Shown here piece after piece: positions 57,786-64,000 of a stretch of DNA of 64,000 nucleotides. Within the stretch, counting starts at the first letter, position 1; each line of letters opens with the position of its first letter. This DNA is from Holosporales bacterium (GTDB lineage Bacteria > Pseudomonadota > Alphaproteobacteria > Holosporales > Holosporaceae): positions 17,940-81,939 of the forward strand of contig CANGUX010000001.1 of NCBI GenBank assembly GCA_947457385.1, read 5' to 3'. The notes under the pieces are model-generated. The model worked only from the letters and a program-made list of their open reading frames with translations, ran no database searches and was not told the DNA's origin. A program made the position numbers and the translations under genes.

Positions 57786-59042
57786 ATGTCTTCTTCTTCA
57801 GACGCACCGAACCCCCAGATTGTTACATTAGGATGTAGGCTCAACATTGCAGAATCCGATATGATGCGAGAATTTGCCTTAAAGCAAAACCTGAAGCATG
57901 CGATTATTGTCAACACTTGTGCCGTCACCACCGAGGCCGAGAGGCAAGCCCGACAAACCATTCGACAGCTGCGCAAAAAAAATCCTGATGCGTTTATTAT
58001 TGCCACAGGATGTGCTGTTCAGCTGCGTCCTGAGGTTTTTTCGAAGATGCCAGAACTGGATCGCGTTCTTGGCAATGCCATGAAGACTTCCGAGGAAGCT
58101 TTTTCCCCAGATTTTCCGTATCGTGTTCACGTGGGGGCTCTTCCCAAAGAAATCCCCGATGAAGCTACGTTTCCTCTTCCCCTGGAAAATCATTCCAAGG
58201 CGTTTCTTCAGGTGCAAAACGGATGCAATCACCATTGCACATTTTGCACGATTCCTCTGGCGCGTGGTCGCAGTCGCAGTGTGCCTCTTTCCGTGCTTAT
58301 TAAGCAAGTGCAGCACTTATTGGACAAGGGGATTCAAGAAATTATCCTTACAGGCGTCGATCTTACCTCTTATGATGTAGAAGGCATGACATTAGGAACC
58401 ATGATTCAACGCCTTTTGGAAGCCATCCCTGCCTTGCAACGGTTGCGGCTTTCTTCCTTGGATTCCATGGAAGTCAGTTCTGAATTAAGCGATCTTTTAA
58501 TCCATGAACCTCGTATTCTTCCTCATATTCACCTTAGTTTACAAGCTGGAAGCAATACCATTTTACAGGCCATGAAGCGACGCCATAGCCGAGAACAGGC
58601 CATAGCTTTATGCCAAAATCTGCGTCGTTATCGTCCAGCGCTGGCCTTTGGCGCTGATTTTATCGCAGGATTTCCCGGTGAAACAGAAGAGATGTTTCAA
58701 GAAACCCTGGACCTTGTCCAGGCCTGTCATTTAACCCATTTGCATGTTTTTCCTTTTTCTGGACGCCCTGGAACCCCAGCTTCTCGCATGAAAGATCAAG
58801 TTCCTCATGCCATTGCAAAAGAACGCACGCAACGTCTAAGAGCCTTAGGAGAACAACGTTTGTTGCAATGGTATGCTTCCCAAGTGGGCAACACCATTAC
58901 GGTCTTGCCAGAAAGTCCCATCAAAGGTCATGGAGATGATTTTAGTGTGGTCTATTTAACAACACCGGTGCCTCCTCATGTCATTTGTCACGCTCGTGTT
59001 ATCCAAGCAAACTCCACGCATTTGCTTGCACAGCCTTTATAA
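57786..59042 (+). CDS. mtaB: radical-SAM methylthiotransferase, MtaB-like (tRNA t6A37 methylthiolation)
   Basis: N-terminus ..IVTLGCRLNIAESDMM.., radical-SAM CxxxCxxC in GCNHHCTFCTIP, and a C-terminal TRAM-like region. Confidence 0.82.
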   Translation: MSSSSDAPNPQIVTLGCRLNIAESDMMREFALKQNLKHAIIVNTCAVTTEAERQARQTIRQLRKKNPDAFIIATGCAVQLRPEVFSKMPELDRVLGNAMKTSEEAFSPDFPYRVHVGALPKEIPDEATFPLPLENHSKAFLQVQNGCNHHCTFCTIPLARGRSRSVPLSVLIKQVQHLLDKGIQEIILTGVDLTSYDVEGMTLGTMIQRLLEAIPALQRLRLSSLDSMEVSSELSDLLIHEPRILPHIHLSLQAGSNTILQAMKRRHSREQAIALCQNLRRYRPALAFGADFIAGFPGETEEMFQETLDLVQACHLTHLHVFPFSGRPGTPASRMKDQVPHAIAKERTQRLRALGEQRLLQWYASQVGNTITVLPESPIKGHGDDFSVVYLTTPVPPHVICHARVIQANSTHLLAQPL

Positions 59043-59117
59043 AAGGGATTGTTGAAGGGATTGTTTTCTTGCTAAAACTATGCAATCTTAACAGCAAGTT
59101 AACGGAAGGGGAATGTT

Positions 59118-60980
59118 ATGGCTCTTGATGGATTGATGCAATCTCTTGCTGGGATCTATCTAGGAATCAGTGCCGGCATGGGCGGATCTATCTATAGTGG
59201 CAATCAGGCAATCCTTTTAAAAGATCAAAATTTAGGCCCATTATCCTTTTCCCAAGTTGGATCGCCTTCTGTTTTTACTCTTTCCCCTTTGCTTACAAAG
59301 GGACCTTTTGCTCAATCTACCCGTTCCTCTAGCTTGGATATAGGTTTTTTTGGGGACATTCGAGCAGGAGCAGGAGGATATCTCAGCTCTGGCGAGTGCA
59401 ACGACGGTGTAGTTTCTAAATCGAGCATCTATGGTGGCCTTGAAATTCGTGCGTCTTTTTGCCCAAGCAAAGCAGTTTACTCTGATGTTTCTCCCATCGT
59501 GACGTTAAATCAAGGAAGATACCTTTTAACCCATGCCAATGGCATGGCGCAGGATTATCTCATGGATTTTTCTTCTGAGCATATTGCTTCTTTGGCATCG
59601 CGCAACAGTTTGCGCAACAACCAGATGTTTTCTATGCTTTTTCAACTGGGCGTCCCCATGGGTGGATATCTCCTCAGTTTAAAAGTTGGTCCTTCTTGGC
59701 TGAGGATTTCCTCGTCTCAGTGCATTTCCTCTTTTTATTCTGGAAAAGTTGATGCACTTGCTAGAGCATTGTCTGTAAGCATGCCTGTGGCAGGGATCAT
59801 CGGCAATCCTCTTTTTTACCCCGATGCTGCGACGAAATTCCCCATTACCAATGGGAAATTATTGCTTGCACCTAATCAATTAAAGAGTGCAGATGGAAGT
59901 GCAACAGGGCCTATCGCCCCTTATGCTGCCAGAATGATGACTGGACCAACGGTTACAATTTTGCCCAATACCCTAGGCGGAACCCAACTCCCAACTTTAA
60001 CAGGATCTGGGGTAACGACATTAACACCACTGACGTCAGCAGCTCCTTCTGCTCCTATTCCTCCAACTTCTAGTCCTGCTGCGCCCTCTGCTGCTCCAAC
60101 AGCTTCTTCTGCCCCAGCTGCTTTGGGGACTCAGGTGTTTCTCGTGACAGTTCCCTCTTCTTCTGCAAAACTTCCTGGGGTGCCTGATCCTATTTTTTCT
60201 GCGCCCAATGCTATTGGACCTGCGATCCCTAATTCAGTCCCTTATGGTGTGTTGTTTCCTGTCAATGGGAGCCAGCTCCAAATCCCTCAAAACAGCATGA
60301 TTGGAAATGGCACGCCTTTAGGGAACTATGTTCTTCTGCCTGCAGCACCGGTTCCCTCTCCGTTTCAGGGGTATCCTCTTGGGGAAGCATCGGCTGATGC
60401 AATGCAAGATAAAAAAAATCCTAATGCTTCTTCTAATAATTCAACCAAGTCTGCCGTCGTTACTTCTCTAAAAGCAAACAAAACCCAGCTTGGTTTTACG
60501 ATTCCTAAGAATTCTATAACGGACAATAACACTTCTCCTAATTATTATCCCCTCCAAGATACCCATCTTGTTTCTGAAAATAAAAGTTACATTACTTTAC
60601 AAAGCAATGGGATGCAGGATTCTCTCGGCAATGCTTTTCCTTTTTCCAATACATCCTTTCCCATCATGATGGATCCAGAAATAGCCTTAACCCTTAATCC
60701 TCCTTTGGACCCACTTCCCAGTTTGAAACACAATAAGGCTGCAACCCGCATAGGTATAACCTTTGGCCTCTGCGTCGATGCACCCATTACATGCAATTTT
60801 GCTGTAACCAGTGAAATCCTAGCAACCTGTCTCTTTGGAAAAAAGAACAGGACGAACCATGAAACGCTTTCTGTCGTATGTTCAAACCGCGTTCAGCGTC
60901 TATTTTGCTTGTTTGGCGTAAAATATACCTTTCCTTTGCGTTCTACTCCTGCTAAGCAGGCATATGGCCCAGTTTTATAG
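59118..60980 (+). CDS. hypothetical 620-aa protein with beta-strand-rich termini and a Pro/Ala/Ser/Thr-rich core
   Basis: The ORF is long and uninterrupted. It has alternating-pattern segments (GIYLGISAGMGG, IGFFGDIRAGAGGYL, IYGGLEIRASF, RIGITFGLCVD, LFCLFGVKYTF) and a low-complexity core (..SAAPSAPIPPTSSPAAPSAAPTASSAPAA..). There is no signal peptide, and an in-frame stop lies 6 codons upstream of the ATG. Confidence 0.55.
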   Translation: MALDGLMQSLAGIYLGISAGMGGSIYSGNQAILLKDQNLGPLSFSQVGSPSVFTLSPLLTKGPFAQSTRSSSLDIGFFGDIRAGAGGYLSSGECNDGVVSKSSIYGGLEIRASFCPSKAVYSDVSPIVTLNQGRYLLTHANGMAQDYLMDFSSEHIASLASRNSLRNNQMFSMLFQLGVPMGGYLLSLKVGPSWLRISSSQCISSFYSGKVDALARALSVSMPVAGIIGNPLFYPDAATKFPITNGKLLLAPNQLKSADGSATGPIAPYAARMMTGPTVTILPNTLGGTQLPTLTGSGVTTLTPLTSAAPSAPIPPTSSPAAPSAAPTASSAPAALGTQVFLVTVPSSSAKLPGVPDPIFSAPNAIGPAIPNSVPYGVLFPVNGSQLQIPQNSMIGNGTPLGNYVLLPAAPVPSPFQGYPLGEASADAMQDKKNPNASSNNSTKSAVVTSLKANKTQLGFTIPKNSITDNNTSPNYYPLQDTHLVSENKSYITLQSNGMQDSLGNAFPFSNTSFPIMMDPEIALTLNPPLDPLPSLKHNKAATRIGITFGLCVDAPITCNFAVTSEILATCLFGKKNRTNHETLSVVCSNRVQRLFCLFGVKYTFPLRSTPAKQAYGPVL

Positions 60981-61048
60981 AATTTCTGCTTCAGATAGCA
61001 GCCTGTTTCACCAACCTGTGTTTAGATAAAACTTGAACGAGACATGCT

Positions 61049-61642
61049 ATGTTTGGATCTTCTATTTTGCGTTCTTCGTCAGTCCTTTCTCTTGCAGCAT
61101 TTACACCTCAAACCCCAATATGTGTTGATTTAGATGGCACGCTGTTGCAAGGTAATGCATTGCACATGCTTCTGAAAAAAGCGCTTCGCATGAATCTGGT
61201 TTCTCTCTCTTGGTTCCAGTCCATGCGCTTTCCTGCCCTTAAATACAAAATTGCAGAGCAATGCATTGAACATGGTCTTTTGGCACCTTCAGAGCTCCCT
61301 TATTACATTCCTTTGTTGCATCAATTAAACACTTGGAAAAGCTGTGCGGTCCCCATTTTTTTAGTTACAGGGGCTCCTTCCCCTATCGCCCATGCCATAG
61401 CGCACCATCTGGAACTTTTCCAAGACGTCTATGCAAGCTCGGCGCACATCAACTTGGTGGGTGCGCGTAAGGCCCATCATCTATTGCGATACTTTGGATC
61501 AAAAGGCTTTACCTACGTTGGTGACAGTTGGCGTGATTTGGCGGTATGGGCGCACGCACAGACTATGATTACCGTTACTTCTTCCTCGTGTCTATTGCGT
61601 ATGCACCTTGCACGACAAAAAACGCCTCTTTTAATCCTTTGA
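61049..61642 (+). CDS. HAD-superfamily hydrolase-like protein
   Basis: DxDxT motif in ICVDLDGTLLQG, with GDSWRD near the C-terminus. Confidence 0.55.
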   Translation: MFGSSILRSSSVLSLAAFTPQTPICVDLDGTLLQGNALHMLLKKALRMNLVSLSWFQSMRFPALKYKIAEQCIEHGLLAPSELPYYIPLLHQLNTWKSCAVPIFLVTGAPSPIAHAIAHHLELFQDVYASSAHINLVGARKAHHLLRYFGSKGFTYVGDSWRDLAVWAHAQTMITVTSSSCLLRMHLARQKTPLLIL

Positions 61643-61687
61643 ATCCAAGGCCATTGGAAAAAGGATAAAGAAGCGTTATCCTGAAAA

Positions 61688-61774
61688 GGGGCTTTTGGGT
61701 AGATCGTTAGTCCACTTGGTCAGAGTTGAAAGACAGCAGCCAAGGCTAAAAAAAGATTTAGGTCAAAGGCCCCC
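61688..61774 (+). ncRNA. ffs: signal recognition particle RNA (4.5S, small type)
   Basis: GGTCAGAGTTGAAAGACAGCAGCCAAGGC parallels the conserved domain IV of E. coli 4.5S RNA (GGUCAGGUCCGGAAGGAAGCAGCCAAGGC). The 5' GGGGCTTTTGGG can pair with the 3' ..GGTCAAAGGCCCC. The position just upstream of dnaX is common for ffs. Confidence 0.7.
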
Positions 61775-61797
61775 TCATTGTCCCAATCGGATCGTTT

Positions 61798-63024
61798 ATG
61801 GCCATGATTCTCTCCCGTAAATATCGCCCCCAAAGATTTTGCGATGTCGTAGGACAAGATTTGTTTGTGCGCATGATTCAAAATGCTTTAAAATTCGATC
61901 GCGTCAGCCATGGATTTTTGTTAACCGGCACCCGTGGCATTGGCAAGACAACCTTAGCACGATTGATCGCTAAAGCGCTAACTTGCTCTCATCTTCAAGA
62001 AGGGCCAGAGCCTTGCAATGCATGCCCTTCTTGCGAGCGTTTGCAACAAGAAAAACATTTAGACGTGATAGAGATGGATGCGGCCAGCCATACCAGCATC
62101 GAAGATATTCGCCCTATTCTAGAAAGCTGCAGCTATCGTGCCCTTATGGGGCCCTATAAAATTTTTATTATTGACGAAGTCCACATGCTCTCAAAAAGCG
62201 CTTTTAATGCTCTTTTAAAGACGTTGGAAGAACCTCCTCCTCATGTCAAATTTATTCTTGCCACCACGGAACTGCTTAAAGTGCCTTCCACCATTGTTTC
62301 TCGATGCCAACATTTACCCCTTAAGCGCGTTCATACTTCTGTTTTGGAAGCCCTTTTTCAAGAAATCTGTGCAAAAGAAACCCTTTCAGCAGAACCTAGC
62401 GCATTAGCCTTATTGGCCAGCCATGCTGATGGCAGTGTACGCGACGGATTATCTCTTTTAGAGCAAAGTTTTTTATTGGCATCAGATCAACGTCTTTCCC
62501 TATCTTTGGTGCAAAGGCTATTAGGACTCCCCCCTAGCCATGCTCTTGAAGCGTTAATGGATGCCATCATCAACGCGTCTCCCCCTCAGATCTTAGAACG
62601 GGCACATGCTTTGTTGCACACAGGTGCGCATCCTGTAGCCATTCTAGAAGGACTCTTGCATGCGCTTCATGGACGTGCCACTTCTTTTTCACCCTCTGAA
62701 CCCTCTTGGCATTGGATTTGGCAAATAGCCTATAGGGGCCTTAGTGAACTAAAAGAGTCCCCTTTCCCTTTAGAAACCTTGGATATGATTCTTTTGCGCT
62801 TGGCCTGCGCCCAGCAGCTTCCTGCCTCTCAAACCCTCTTGCACACGTTGGAAAAAAATCAGAGCAATCCCAATGAAAAAAAGCCTACTGCTCCTATCCT
62901 GCCTGCCTCCCCTTTGCCCCAGGCTGATATGGCTCCGCCCTATTCTTTTGCAGAACCCCCTATTCTTCAAAAAGTAAAAGAGCTTTTCCCAGGGTGTGTG
63001 ATTGAAGAAAGCCATGGGTTATGA
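61798..63024 (+). CDS. dnaX: DNA polymerase III subunit tau/gamma (compact, 408 aa)
   Basis: ..YRPQRFCDVVGQD.., Walker A GTRGIGKTT, a zinc module C..CNACPSC, and DEVHML. Confidence 0.9.
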   Translation: MAMILSRKYRPQRFCDVVGQDLFVRMIQNALKFDRVSHGFLLTGTRGIGKTTLARLIAKALTCSHLQEGPEPCNACPSCERLQQEKHLDVIEMDAASHTSIEDIRPILESCSYRALMGPYKIFIIDEVHMLSKSAFNALLKTLEEPPPHVKFILATTELLKVPSTIVSRCQHLPLKRVHTSVLEALFQEICAKETLSAEPSALALLASHADGSVRDGLSLLEQSFLLASDQRLSLSLVQRLLGLPPSHALEALMDAIINASPPQILERAHALLHTGAHPVAILEGLLHALHGRATSFSPSEPSWHWIWQIAYRGLSELKESPFPLETLDMILLRLACAQQLPASQTLLHTLEKNQSNPNEKKPTAPILPASPLPQADMAPPYSFAEPPILQKVKELFPGCVIEESHGL

Positions 63025-63054
63025 TTCAATCAGAGCATAGTCTTACAGGAAGCA

Positions 63055-63366
63055 ATGATGGATTTTGCAAAGATGATGAAGCAAGCGCAGAGCCTTCAAA
63101 AAGAAATGGAGGCCGCTCAAAAACGTATCGAAGCCTTGGAAGTAACAGGCACTTCTGGAGGAGGAAGCATTTCTATTTTACTGGCAGGAAAAGGACGCAT
63201 GAAATCTATTTCCATTGATCCGACCTGCTGCAAAGAAGAGCCTGAAGTCTTAGAAGATCTTATTCTTGCGGCCTATAGCGATGCTTGGAGTAAGCTGGAA
63301 GAAAAACGGCGCCAAGAAATGAGTGGCGTTGCAGGAGGCAATCTCCCCATGGATTTGATAGGGTAA
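63055..63366 (+). CDS. ybaB: nucleoid-associated protein YbaB/EbfC
   Basis: 103-aa ORF with ..MMKQAQSLQKEMEAAQ.. It occupies the canonical position after dnaX. Confidence 0.85.
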   Translation: MMDFAKMMKQAQSLQKEMEAAQKRIEALEVTGTSGGGSISILLAGKGRMKSISIDPTCCKEEPEVLEDLILAAYSDAWSKLEEKRRQEMSGVAGGNLPMDLIG

Positions 63367-63484
63367 TTCCCTTTCATTTCATCATGCATGAGGCAGAACT
63401 TTTCTTGCCCATGTTTTTGCCATGATCAAGCTAGGTTTTTTCCCTATTGACTAGGGTAAAAGGTTTTGACTACCCTAAGAGAGT

Positions 63485-63557
63485 GCCCGAATAGCTCAGT
63501 TGGTAGAGCGGAGGACTGAAAATCCTTGTGTCGCTGGTTCAATTCCGGCTTCGGGCA
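63485..63557 (+). tRNA. tRNA-Phe (anticodon GAA), CCA not encoded
   Basis: GCCCGAATAGCTCAGTTGGTAGAGC.. with anticodon loop CTGAAAA, T-arm GCTGGTTCAATTCCGGC and acceptor TTCGGGC plus A. Confidence 0.92.
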
Positions 63558-63633
63558 CCTAGTTTTATAAAATAAATAAATTATTTCTGGACATAAGCTC
63601 ATCTATTGACTAAACTTTACAAGGGAATCTTCT

Positions 63634-64000
63634 ATGGAATGTAATGTGCTTTCAGGAAATTTCTTGCCCCGTCGCCCTATTTATCTTGATTATCAGTCTA
63701 CGACACCCTGCGACCCTCGCGTCTGCAAGGTTATGATGCCTTATCTTATGGATCAATTTGGCAATCCACATTCTCGTAATCATCTTTATGGGTGGGAAGC
63801 TGAAGAAGCCGTGCGCATCGCACGAACCCACATCGCTGACTTGATTCATGCGGATCCACGAGAAATTATCTTTACTTCTGGGGCAACAGAAGCCAATAAT
63901 CTTGCCCTCAAAGGGGCAGCTCATTTTATAGGCAAAGGACATATTATCACCACGCGCATTGAACATAAATGTGTGCTAGAAACGGTGCGATCTTTAGAGC
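63634..64000 (+). CDS. iscS: cysteine desulfurase (IscS/NifS family), 5' part; continues beyond window end
   Basis: This is not in the ORF track because it has no stop in the window. My translation is [69 protein letters not shown].., which is typical of an IscS N-terminus. Confidence 0.85.
   Translation, partial: MECNVLSGNFLPRRPIYLDYQSTTPCDPRVCKVMMPYLMDQFGNPHSRNHLYGWEAEEAVRIARTHIADLIHADPREIIFTSGATEANNLALKGAAHFIGKGHIITTRIEHKCVLETVRSLE

Noticed and set aside
63652-63966. 104-aa minus-strand ORF from the track
   Set aside because: It lies antisense to a much better plus-strand reading frame (63634..>64000) with clear IscS/NifS N-terminal motifs. I treated it as a shadow ORF.
1-64000. CRISPR arrays, rRNA genes, and classic defence, toxin-antitoxin or secretion-system cassettes
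   Set aside because: I found no regularly spaced direct repeats, no rRNA signatures, and no adjacent small ORF pairs or recognisable nuclease, methylase or ATPase defence modules while reading both strands. The only repeats seen are the 1.54-kb and 68-bp tandem duplications and the IS630 fragments.

Overview
This is a gene-dense chromosomal segment that reads like a reduced, fairly AT-rich alphaproteobacterium with a host-associated or intracellular lifestyle. That assignment is an inference from a CtrA-type response regulator, LpxI, a YfgM-like/BamB pair, several ProP-like MFS carriers, IS630 debris, leucine-rich-repeat fragments and several decayed biosynthetic genes. About 55 apparently intact CDS are mostly housekeeping: an rpsE-rpmD-rplO-secY-adk fragment, rpsF-rpsR, rpmG, obg, hflX, prfA, cysS, tyrS, trpS, rpoD-dnaG, dnaX-ybaB, nrdB, lpdA, dapE, lpxA, lpxI, prs, ndk, tmk, nth, trxA and mtaB. 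RNA genes are tRNA-Ser(GCU), tRNA-Phe(GAA) and an SRP (4.5S) RNA just upstream of dnaX. Three genes are absent from the supplied ORF track: rpmG (55 aa), the 5' part of an iscS-like cysteine desulfurase that runs off the window end, and the SRP RNA. Pseudogenes and remnants are trpB/trpA, a NUDIX hydrolase with a stop inside its NUDIX box, a possible monothiol glutaredoxin, three IS630-family fragments, an internally deleted DUF917 copy, and a roughly 1.7-kb secreted trypsin-like-protease/LRR fusion gene. I saw no rRNA, no CRISPR array and no recognisable defence or toxin-antitoxin cassette. The most interesting loci are: (i) a tandemly duplicated NCS1-type permease + DUF917 pair in a small accessory patch (5.0-11.5 kb); (ii) the decayed secreted protease-LRR gene carrying a perfect 68-bp tandem duplication; (iii) an XRE-HTH/S24-like regulator with Glu in place of the catalytic Ser, behind a 490-bp AT-rich spacer; (iv) several orphan exported or coiled-coil proteins, including a 620-aa protein with barrel-like ends and a Pro/Ala/Ser-rich core. 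None of these can be shown to be a novel system from sequence alone. All product calls come from motif recognition by eye, not from database searches.
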